From the IMG/VR virus record IMGVR_UViG_3300045988_155520, positions 96,001-160,000 of that record: DNA of 64,000 bases; one strand, written 5' to 3'. Each line of letters starts with the position of its first letter. Within the stretch, counting starts at the first letter, position 1. Made by a program: the position numbers and the translations under genes. Below are positions 1 to 7,518 of the stretch, piece after piece. Source of the DNA: a virus. The notes under the pieces are model-generated. The model was not told the DNA's origin, did not search any database, and saw only the letters and a list, made by a program, of their open reading frames with translations.

Positions 1-17
1 ATATCAATATTTTTACT

Positions 18-25
18 TACCTTTG
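18..25 (+). promoter_or_regulatory. Bacteroidota-type -7 promoter box TACCTTTG(CA); the -33 element would lie before the window start
   Basis: Exact TAnnTTTG followed by CA, about 40 nt upstream of the ATG at 65. Confidence 0.4.
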
Positions 26-64
26 CATCACAATTAAATTAATAAACAAATAAAATTTACGATT

Positions 65-265
65 ATGATTATTTCAAAGATTAAAGGTAATACAATTCTT
101 ACATTTTCAGGGTGTTTGGATATTATTGGTTATTTTATTGCACTTATTTTCTTTTGGGCAATTGTAATTATTCTATTTAGTTTGTTTATTGGATGGTTCT
201 TGGAAGACCCAGAAGGTCATATTATGAATGGAATGCACTCTATTCAATTATGGCTTGAGAGTTAA
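65..265 (+). CDS. small hydrophobic (membrane) protein
   Basis: 66-aa ORF with a long hydrophobic core (IIGYFIALIFFWAIVIILFSLFIGWF), preceded by a host-type -7 box. Confidence 0.45.
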   Translation: MIISKIKGNTILTFSGCLDIIGYFIALIFFWAIVIILFSLFIGWFLEDPEGHIMNGMHSIQLWLES

Positions 266-310
266 TCGTTTTTTCTGTTTAATTGATATTTATTCTAAAA
301 GAACAATATA

Positions 311-1015
311 ATGAATTTAGATAATATCATAAAGGAAAGTATTAACGAATTTTTAATCAATGAGTTGTTTAATAAGAATAAATACTCCAATCTCGTTAAC
401 TCAGCTATAATGAATCTTGAGAGCTGTTTATTCTATCCTCAAATAGAAAATATTAATGCTACCAATGTCCCTCAAGAATATATTGAAATGGCTTCTATTT
501 TTAATGCTGGTCATACTTTAGCTAATCAACTAATGGCAACATTAAAACAAATTCAAGCATCTATTAATTATGGCAAAAATGTAAAGGAATCACATATTTT
601 TGAAAGTCCTTCTATTCCATCTTTAATTCCATCACAATTACGTAATTGGAATCCTGTAAGAGATTTTGCTGTCGGTGCTAAAAAGGGTATGAATGCCGTT
701 GAAAAAACTTTTGGTAAAAATGGTTCACAAAACAACCGTACTAATAGTAAAGATATGAAAACGCAGGATAATGCATATATGATGCGTTCTGCTAATTTGA
801 AAAACATCCTTGATTCTATTTTGTCAAAATTTAATGGTCAAGTTCAAGATTTTGCTAACCGCTTTACGTCAGATAAGAACTTACAGAAACAACTCGCTCG
901 ATATGCTACATATATTAATACTGAAATTAAAAGTTGTTATAAGTTAATTACAGTAGCCAATAACCTACGTTATAGTGGTATTGAAAATGCAAATTTCAAA
1001 CAAATCAGAAAATAA
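311..1015 (+). CDS. hypothetical protein with shared N-terminal helix (CTS-like family)
   Basis: 234-aa ORF with ATG start. N-terminus MNLDNIIKESINEFLINE. Followed by a hairpin terminator. Confidence 0.6.
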   Translation: MNLDNIIKESINEFLINELFNKNKYSNLVNSAIMNLESCLFYPQIENINATNVPQEYIEMASIFNAGHTLANQLMATLKQIQASINYGKNVKESHIFESPSIPSLIPSQLRNWNPVRDFAVGAKKGMNAVEKTFGKNGSQNNRTNSKDMKTQDNAYMMRSANLKNILDSILSKFNGQVQDFANRFTSDKNLQKQLARYATYINTEIKSCYKLITVANNLRYSGIENANFKQIRK

Positions 1016-1017
1016 AT

Positions 1018-1042
1018 AAAGCCTTGGATTAACCAAGGCTTT
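1018..1042. terminator. bidirectional hairpin between convergent genes
   Basis: AAAGCCTTGG-attaa-CCAAGGCTTT flanked by A and T runs. Confidence 0.65.
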
Positions 1043-1044
1043 AT

Positions 1045-1347
1045 TTATAATTCTAAATCATTTTGGGCCATATCAGTAGCTGCATCTATATTTGCCGAAC
1101 TACTACCTCCGCCTTCATAACTCTTTGCCTTTTCTTCCATATATTCATTATATTGATGTATATAATATTTTCTATCTCTGATAGGCATCTTATCTAATGT
1201 CGCAAAAGGTATACCGATATGTTTAAAACAACCAAATAATTCTTCTTTAAGATTTTTCTCGTAATTCGGAGATATTGAGGAAAACAGAATCGTCCCAGTT
1301 AAGAAAGGTCTCAAATGAGCCACCTCCCATTGACTCTGGTCTTTCAA
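1045..1347 (-). CDS. hypothetical protein, start uncertain
   Basis: Track ORF starts at TTG and overlaps the upstream gene by about 100 nt. The only internal ATG gives a 48-aa product (MPIRDRKYYIHQYNEY...). Confidence 0.3.
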   Translation of the reverse strand: MKDQSQWEVAHLRPFLTGTILFSSISPNYEKNLKEELFGCFKHIGIPFATLDKMPIRDRKYYIHQYNEYMEEKAKSYEGGGSSSANIDAATDMAQNDLEL

Positions 1348-2611
1348 CAGTAATGTTAAAGTTCATACCAGGCGTGTTATCGTTAATATATCTTCTCAAC
1401 ATCAATGAATCACGTGCAGGCATTGTATTGATGAACTTATTAATATACTTTCTATCTGTATTTCCGTCAATAGACACAACTTGTAACTGAAGAATATTTG
1501 TAATCATTCGTGTAAACGGTTTATCACTCTTCTTCTTCAAACGTTCTGTCCAACGTCTAAGTAATTTAACGGTCTTATCAACATCATTTTTCTCTTGAGT
1601 TGTAATTAACTCATCGGTAGATGCCATTCTCATCAGATTTCTACCCATCTCTGTCAATAGTTCTGCCTTTGTACCGTAGTTCTCTATTTTGGTAATGAGT
1701 GAAAGTTGTTTTTCTTCTTTTCTTGTGAGATACTTAAACTTTACCTTCTTCTTTGTAATTGGAAGAGTGTATTCAAAGTGTCCGTTTTCGTCAGATACAA
1801 GTTTAAACTCCTTTGGTTTAATAGTTGTTAAGTCAACTATTGTTTCAATTCTTTCACCTGTTTCTGGGTCTGCAACTACAATAGGAAACTCTGGTCCGTA
1901 ACTTGTTGCACGTAACCATACCATGATAGCATCCACATCACCACTAACTAAAGAGTCAGCATCAATACCACTATTCATTATCTTATGTTTTAAAAGATAA
2001 TCAATGACTAATCCGTCTTCATAAAGATTTGGTGAAGTAATGAAGTTCTCATCATAAGCGGTTAAATAACCTACTGGGATTCTATCCAGCTTGTCAGGAT
2101 AACATTCTCCGTTACTTGGCAATTGAATGATATCATATTGTACCTCTGGGTCAACATTGTTGTAAAGTTTATCATTCTGTGTTTTTACAGCTGTTGGTAC
2201 ACTATCCATGTTATCTGAACTCAAGTCTATATAATCGTCTTCATCTTCATCATCACTAATGTCGTCCATATATTCATCTTTAATGCTATGTTCTCTATAA
2301 GTATCACTACTAACTTTTTGAGTAGTTTTATCCTCATGTTTAAGTATTGAAAATACATCATAGTCATCGAATAAGTCGTCATTTGTTTTATCTTTTTTTA
2401 CTGTTTGATTAAGATTGATATTTACGTCTGCTTCTGGGTCAATCTTTTTAATATGGTCTTGAACCTCTTTTTGCGCTTTCTTAATGCGTTTAACAGATTC
2501 CTCTTTACCTCTTTCCTTAGCCTGTTGTATACTATTTTCTAACATTTGGTTATTAGCTTGAAGAATCTTTATTTCTTTAAGTTGTTCCTCACTTAGTTTT
2601 TTCTTTGACAT
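1247..2611 (-). CDS. baseplate hub-like protein (T4 gp26-family-like motif), coiled-coil/acidic N-terminal half
   Basis: Track ORF begins at TTG (2629). The first ATG (MSKKKLSEEQ) is at 2611, 1 nt after the upstream stop. Motif IQLPSNGECYPD..IPVGYLTAYDENFITSP..DAIMVWLRATSYGPEF resembles the T4 baseplate hub family from memory. Confidence 0.45.
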   Translation of the reverse strand: MSKKKLSEEQLKEIKILQANNQMLENSIQQAKERGKEESVKRIKKAQKEVQDHIKKIDPEADVNINLNQTVKKDKTNDDLFDDYDVFSILKHEDKTTQKVSSDTYREHSIKDEYMDDISDDEDEDDYIDLSSDNMDSVPTAVKTQNDKLYNNVDPEVQYDIIQLPSNGECYPDKLDRIPVGYLTAYDENFITSPNLYEDGLVIDYLLKHKIMNSGIDADSLVSGDVDAIMVWLRATSYGPEFPIVVADPETGERIETIVDLTTIKPKEFKLVSDENGHFEYTLPITKKKVKFKYLTRKEEKQLSLITKIENYGTKAELLTEMGRNLMRMASTDELITTQEKNDVDKTVKLLRRWTERLKKKSDKPFTRMITNILQLQVVSIDGNTDRKYINKFINTMPARDSLMLRRYINDNTPGMNFNITVERPESMGGGSFETFLNWDDSVFLNISELREKS

Positions 2612-2612
2612 A

Positions 2613-3218
2613 TTATATGAATTTATCAATTAAATTTATTTTTTCCACGAGAATAATATACTCTCCGACTTTTACTCTTTCTATAATTTTACAATTAACC
2701 AACTCTGCATAAATATCCTTATTAGCATTATTTTTAAAGCATATTTTTACATTTCTCTTTGGTTCATTCTGTAATACCCAATCTTCTCCATATGACTCAT
2801 ATGTATGTATTTCGTCATGTCCTCTATTCCATACACCAAACTCTGTTTCAAATTCTTCGTCAGAAGAGTTAAAATCCAGTCTAAAACGAGTAATAAACAT
2901 TTCTTGTTGAGAGAAATACGTAATTAGATTGTCTACAGTTTCTGGATTATTGTCCATATCATATAATAAACCTTGACACTGGGCATAACTAATTTTATCT
3001 TCTTTATAAGGTGATTTTTGACCCATCATATAAGTGTTACCATTGAATCCACTATGTGACCCAGTACTATCACTCATTGTTTCATAAATTATATCTTTGT
3101 ATTTCTCGTACTCGCTTACAAGTTTGTTCGTGTAGTCATTATCTTTATAGTAATTATTATCCACACTAAAAGAATCATCATTGTAATCAAGGTACGGCAT
3201 ATAAAACGTAACATTCAT
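2613..3218 (-). CDS. hypothetical protein (tail/baseplate operon)
   Basis: 201-aa ORF. Its ATG overlaps the stop of the upstream gene (ATGA at 3215-3218). Confidence 0.65.
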   Translation of the reverse strand: MNVTFYMPYLDYNDDSFSVDNNYYKDNDYTNKLVSEYEKYKDIIYETMSDSTGSHSGFNGNTYMMGQKSPYKEDKISYAQCQGLLYDMDNNPETVDNLITYFSQQEMFITRFRLDFNSSDEEFETEFGVWNRGHDEIHTYESYGEDWVLQNEPKRNVKICFKNNANKDIYAELVNCKIIERVKVGEYIILVEKINLIDKFI

Positions 3219-3721
3219 CGAATTTTATTTACATGTCTTTTATTCTTATTTTCTTCAAGGCGTATTTTTTGTCCTTGTATTTTGAGTCTACTTTTGAGTG
3301 TTTTCATGACTTCTTCAGGTCGTTTTCTAATATCACTCTCCCATATTCTCAAAAGAGGTATACCATGCATTAAAGCCCACTCATTTTTCTTTTTATCCAC
3401 CCATAAATCATGCTTCTGTGTTGGTGTCAATTTTTTACCTTCATAAATCTCTGGATTGACGTGATAATAATCACCATCGACTTCGATTAGTAGATTATGG
3501 TCTGGTAGATAAAAATCATAACTCCTTTGTATGTCTTTTGCTTCAAACTGCCACTGATATTTGATTTTAAGCTTCTTTAGAAATTCTGTTTCAAAATATT
3601 TTTCTAATTTACTTGTACCAAATTTAGGATGAGTTCTTAATGGTTTCCCATTAGATTTTCTCATCCTTGTTTTGGTTTTTTTTCGACTCTTATTATCTGT
3701 CTTTCTAATTGGTTGTTTCAT
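3215..3721 (-). CDS. Vsr/DUF559-like PD-(D/E)XK endonuclease (possible homing endonuclease)
   Basis: Basic N-terminus, then YDFYLPDHNLLIEVDGDYYH, the D..E.D/K core typical of the Vsr-like restriction endonuclease fold. First ATG at 3721 (the track start at 3730 is TTG). Confidence 0.55.
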   Translation of the reverse strand: MKQPIRKTDNKSRKKTKTRMRKSNGKPLRTHPKFGTSKLEKYFETEFLKKLKIKYQWQFEAKDIQRSYDFYLPDHNLLIEVDGDYYHVNPEIYEGKKLTPTQKHDLWVDKKKNEWALMHGIPLLRIWESDIRKRPEEVMKTLKSRLKIQGQKIRLEENKNKRHVNKIR

Positions 3722-3723
3722 TT

Positions 3724-4425
3724 TTACCAATATATTCTTGTCTTGAATGGGTCTTGGACATCTTTAGCTGAGATAGAAATATTATCTGAACGTTTGTTAT
3801 TACCAAACAAATCCAAATTAGATGACATCTTATTAATTTCTAATACTGGTGCTTTATATTCTAACTTTTCATAACCTATAGTAATATTAAACTCTCGTTC
3901 TTTAGTACTATCTGCTGTACATTTATTACCATAATAATTGGTAATTTTACACCCTGTATAGTGTTCTATATAGGCAAGTGAACCTCGTTTATCATACCAT
4001 TCTATATCAAAATCAAATGGCGTATTAATATATTTTTCTATTTCACGTCCAAGTATTTCAATATAACCATTTTTACGTTTAACATAATCACTCACACCTA
4101 AATGTAGATGTTTAAATATCGTATCAGCTTCAATATCTTTTATATAGTCAGAATCTATTTTGATTGTATTAGGAAACTTGACTTGATATGCATTAGACAT
4201 AATTTTTTCAGAAGATATATCACGCACAAATTCTTTATCTTTCCATGTTGAAAGTCTATTTAAAATTTCAATTTCCTTACGCAACATTTCTATTTGATGT
4301 TCAATTTCAGAACAGTCCTCTCTATCTGCACCACGCAAAAGCATATCCATTCTGGTCTTATTGTACATCTTTAAACTATTTTCTTTAATATTCATTTCTT
4401 TTTTTAATTCGTCAGCTGTAAACAT
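3724..4425 (-). CDS. hypothetical tail-associated protein
   Basis: 233-aa ORF immediately downstream of the tube gene in the same transcription direction. Confidence 0.6.
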   Translation of the reverse strand: MFTADELKKEMNIKENSLKMYNKTRMDMLLRGADREDCSEIEHQIEMLRKEIEILNRLSTWKDKEFVRDISSEKIMSNAYQVKFPNTIKIDSDYIKDIEADTIFKHLHLGVSDYVKRKNGYIEILGREIEKYINTPFDFDIEWYDKRGSLAYIEHYTGCKITNYYGNKCTADSTKEREFNITIGYEKLEYKAPVLEINKMSSNLDLFGNNKRSDNISISAKDVQDPFKTRIYW

Positions 4426-4487
4426 AACAATATATTTTATATAAAATATAGCAAAAAATACGATTATGTCAACTATAAAAATGATAA

Positions 4488-4525
4488 AAGAGTTTGATTA
4501 GATTAAAAAACTATATCAAACTCTT
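4488..4525 (-). terminator. hairpin terminator after the tail tube gene
   Basis: AAGAGTTTGAT-16 nt-ATCAAACTCTT, followed by a T-rich tail on the minus strand. Confidence 0.55.
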
Positions 4526-4534
4526 AAATTTCTT

Positions 4535-5023
4535 TTAGTATGCGAGAATTGCGTAATCAAATCTTAATGTCATTGAAATATCCGCAAGGTCATCCTGACT
4601 GTAATCCAAATCACCAAAATCGCAATCTGTTACCATAGTGTTTTTCAGAATCCACTTAGATACAACAACACCAGTCGGGTCAAGCATCTCTAACTCTACA
4701 TCACGTTTATAACCTGCTGCATAGCCCTGTCGTCCACTAACTGACTCAGAGTGCAAACGAACCCACTCCATTACAGCCTGTGAAGCTGACGGACCAATAG
4801 GGTCACGTAATTTTACCTGCATGTTATCCCATGTGTAATGTCCGATTACCCATGTTGATGTGTTGAGGAACTGAATTTCTTTCTCATTCTGCTTAATTGA
4901 AGGACGTTTCGCAGAAGCAATCCACCACTCTTGTATACCTAAATCTGCAGGAAATCTAAGCAACCATCGGTTTTTTCTTAATGGCTCATAATTAAGAGGC
5001 ATTTTAAGCAATAAATCACTCAT
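4535..5023 (-). CDS. tail tube protein (T4 gp19-like)
   Basis: 162 aa. N-terminal NRWLLRF and C-terminal LDYSQDDLADISMTLRFDYAIL parallel gp19 NLFQVEI and LDWDSNNEIQTFEVTLALDYWE. Near the sheath gene. Confidence 0.75.
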   Translation of the reverse strand: MSDLLLKMPLNYEPLRKNRWLLRFPADLGIQEWWIASAKRPSIKQNEKEIQFLNTSTWVIGHYTWDNMQVKLRDPIGPSASQAVMEWVRLHSESVSGRQGYAAGYKRDVELEMLDPTGVVVSKWILKNTMVTDCDFGDLDYSQDDLADISMTLRFDYAILAY

Positions 5024-5099
5024 CGAAATATAAATTAATAATATTATTATTTATTTTTTTAATATAAATATTATGATTCGTGTTTTTTAACTAAAATAA

Positions 5100-5131
5100 C
5101 TTGTGATATATTTCTAAAATAATTATTTTTG
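5100..5131 (+). promoter_or_regulatory. Bacteroidota-type promoter (CTTG-N20-TATTTTTG-CA)
   Basis: -7 box at 5124-5131 and a -33-like CTTG at 5100-5103, with exactly 20 nt between them. 25 nt upstream of the GTG start at 5157. Confidence 0.55.
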
Positions 5132-5156
5132 CATATATTTTATAAAAACAAGAATA

Positions 5157-7061
5157 GTGGATAGAGAAGAATTTATAAAAAGGTCGAAATTAGTATGGGG
5201 TGATAATATGTTTGATTATCGAGATGTCGTATATGTTAACACGTCTACTCCTGTTGTCCTATGGTATAATGGTGTTAAGTTTACTCAGCGACCTAAACAT
5301 CATTTAGCACATAGGAAACCTCTTTGTATGTCTGAAAAAAAGAAACATACAAGGGAGGAACTTATTGATAAGTTTAATAAAGTCCATAATTCCAAATACA
5401 CTTATGGTGAGTTTGTGTATAAAAATGCAAAAGAGAAGAATATACCCGTTTACTGTCATAATAAAGATAAATATGGTAATGAACATGGTATATGGTATAC
5501 TAATGCGACAAATCATCTCTCTGGATATGGTTGTCCGAAATGTAAATCTGATAAACTTTCTTCTACGTTCTCATCCAATAAAGAAGAATTTATAAGAAAG
5601 GCTAAACTTATACATGGAAATAAGTATGATTACTCTAAAATTATCTATATAAACAATTCTACTCCAGTTGAAATAGTTTGTCCTCAACATGGTTCTTTTA
5701 ATCAACTCCCTCATAATCATTTACAAGGCAAAGGTTGTCCTAAATGTATAGAAAGTAAACTTGAGGAAACTGTTAGAGCATTCTTAGAAGAGAACTCTAT
5801 AGAATTTAAGCAATATTATCATACTAATTGGTTAAAGCGTCAATCTTTGGATTTCTTTTTACCCCAATACAATTGTGCCATAGAATGTCAGGGCGAACAA
5901 CATTATAAAGAAGGATATTTTGGTGTAACATTAGAGAGTATTCAGGCATTAGATAAGACAAAATACTTGTTGTGTAAGAAGAATAAAGTATACTTATACT
6001 ATTTTGCTTCCGAAAAGTATAATATGGATGTATATACGAATATATCAGAACTATTTAATGATATTACTGGTAATTGTGTTTTCAAAGATAAAAATTTAAA
6101 CATTGTTAAGAATTTTCTTGCTACATTAAAGTGTAACTTCACTTATTCAATCAATAAAATTCATCATTCAGATGATTTTATAACCATACAGGATAGATTC
6201 TATTCTGAGGAAAATAAATTGATGATAATCTATGTGAATAGTTATGACCACCGTAAACGTTTTGCAAAATATAATTATAATGAGGGTATCTCACAAGACT
6301 ATTTTATAAATGAATCAAAGAAATACGAAAAAGACGGAATAAAATGTATATGGATAAAAGATTATGAGCTAAATGATAGTAGTACTTTAAAAGATGATAA
6401 TGGAAAATATCATTATGATTATCATCGTAAATGGGAAGTAATAAAATCTTACATTAAATATAGTGTTAATGAATGTCCTAATACATTATATGCACGTGAT
6501 TGTGAAGTACATGAAGTAAGTAATCAAGAACTAAAAGTATTCTTAGAAAAGAACTCATTACTTGGTTATAAATCGTCATCGGTGAACCTTGGATTATATT
6601 TGAAACGTGATAAAGGCACGCTTAAAAAAGGAACACTTGTAATGGTTTATACCTTTGGTGTTAATTACTTTAGTAGTACATCTGATAAACAGAATGTAGA
6701 AGTTATACGGGCTTCCACACTTATTGATTATCACATTAATGGTGGCGCAAGTAAACTAATGAAACACTTCTTTAAAAATTATTCAGTAATAAAAGTCAAA
6801 AATAAATTAATTAATACTGATTCTATCATTTATTATGTTGATGCCGACCATAATAATGGAAGTACGTTAGATTGTTTAGGATTTTCTCTTGTTTCGTGGA
6901 AAAGTGGATTTGTATATGTTAATTCAAATAAAATAACATCCCAAATGAGGAACCCATCAAAGTATAAAGAAATGCAAGAATCTTTGATGTCACATAAGTT
7001 TTTTGTTTCCCCTACAGCTGGCACCAAAGTCTATAAATTAATAAAAGCAGAAGATGTTTAA
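5157..7061 (+). CDS. homing-endonuclease-like multidomain protein (3 Zn-ribbon-type repeats + PD-(D/E)XK core + conserved C-terminal module)
   Basis: Repeats of the form EEFIxKAxxIHGNKYDYSxIxYxNxxTPVEIVCPxHGxFxQxPxxHLxGxGCPKC. Core is LDFFLPQYNCAIECQGEQH. Paralog of 58077-59789. Transcribed opposite to the flanking sheath and tube genes. Confidence 0.6.
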   Translation: MDREEFIKRSKLVWGDNMFDYRDVVYVNTSTPVVLWYNGVKFTQRPKHHLAHRKPLCMSEKKKHTREELIDKFNKVHNSKYTYGEFVYKNAKEKNIPVYCHNKDKYGNEHGIWYTNATNHLSGYGCPKCKSDKLSSTFSSNKEEFIRKAKLIHGNKYDYSKIIYINNSTPVEIVCPQHGSFNQLPHNHLQGKGCPKCIESKLEETVRAFLEENSIEFKQYYHTNWLKRQSLDFFLPQYNCAIECQGEQHYKEGYFGVTLESIQALDKTKYLLCKKNKVYLYYFASEKYNMDVYTNISELFNDITGNCVFKDKNLNIVKNFLATLKCNFTYSINKIHHSDDFITIQDRFYSEENKLMIIYVNSYDHRKRFAKYNYNEGISQDYFINESKKYEKDGIKCIWIKDYELNDSSTLKDDNGKYHYDYHRKWEVIKSYIKYSVNECPNTLYARDCEVHEVSNQELKVFLEKNSLLGYKSSSVNLGLYLKRDKGTLKKGTLVMVYTFGVNYFSSTSDKQNVEVIRASTLIDYHINGGASKLMKHFFKNYSVIKVKNKLINTDSIIYYVDADHNNGSTLDCLGFSLVSWKSGFVYVNSNKITSQMRNPSKYKEMQESLMSHKFFVSPTAGTKVYKLIKAEDV

Positions 7062-7075
7062 TTGTCTTCTGCTTT
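7044..7075. terminator. bidirectional hairpin between convergent genes
   Basis: AAAGCAGAAGA-10 nt-TCTTCTGCTTT, overlapping the stop codon at 7059-7061. Confidence 0.6.
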
Positions 7076-7082
7076 CTTTATT

Positions 7083-7433
7083 TTAGCCAACACTTGCATT
7101 ATCTTTTTCAGAAACTGCCTTGTCACACATCAACCATATTTTCTTATAGAATTGGTATAATTCAGAATCTACATTTTCAGCATACTCTTGTAAGCCTTCT
7201 AATGCTACTTCACGTATTCTTGCGATTCTGTCATCTTGTTGTGACAAATCTTGTCCATTCATATCATCATTTTGTGCATTTCCCTCTTCTCCTTCAAATT
7301 CTTCCTGAGCTGGGATTTCTTCATCATTAAACTGTTCTTCGTCACTAAAATCAAATGCTTCCTGAAGTATTTTAGCTGACTTATTCAAGTCACGTAATGT
7401 TCTTTCTAAAAAAGTTGTTTTATTTTTTTTCAT
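7083..7433 (-). CDS. highly acidic small protein downstream of the sheath gene
   Basis: The first ATG (MKKNKTTFLERT) is at 7433. The track start at 7532 would overlap the sheath gene and its terminator. D/E/Q-rich centre. Confidence 0.55.
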   Translation of the reverse strand: MKKNKTTFLERTLRDLNKSAKILQEAFDFSDEEQFNDEEIPAQEEFEGEEGNAQNDDMNGQDLSQQDDRIARIREVALEGLQEYAENVDSELYQFYKKIWLMCDKAVSEKDNASVG

Positions 7434-7463
7434 ATTAAAATGCAGTTTATTATAAATATCAAT

Positions 7464-7500
7464 AAAAAATAAAAAAGGAGAACCAATACGATTCTCCTTC
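7464..7500 (-). terminator. intrinsic terminator after the tail sheath gene
   Basis: Minus strand reads AAGGAGAA-9 nt-TTCTCCTT followed by a T run (stems at 7475-7482 and 7492-7499). Confidence 0.65.
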
Positions 7501-7518
7501 TCTATTAATATAATATGT

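Noticed and set aside
568-807. Antisense/shadow ORFs inside well-supported genes (for example 568-807, 1275-1490, 1689-1901, 5304-5595, 9549-9843, 11841-12251, 12972-13404, 25411-26409, 27355-27846, 28663-30300, 43790-44275, 48604-49086, 53764-54243, 55357-56745, 59841-60071, 60511-60696, 61265-61510, 62208-63406)
   Set aside because: Each lies wholly inside a longer ORF with recognisable protein motifs or operon context. Their translations are low-complexity, hydrophobic or S/L-rich, as expected from the reverse frames of AT-rich or repeat-rich genes.
7083-7433. Acidic proteins (7083-7433, 17207-17608) as DNA-mimic anti-restriction proteins
   Set aside because: The idea rests on acidic composition alone, with no motif or context support. 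It is noted only as a possibility.
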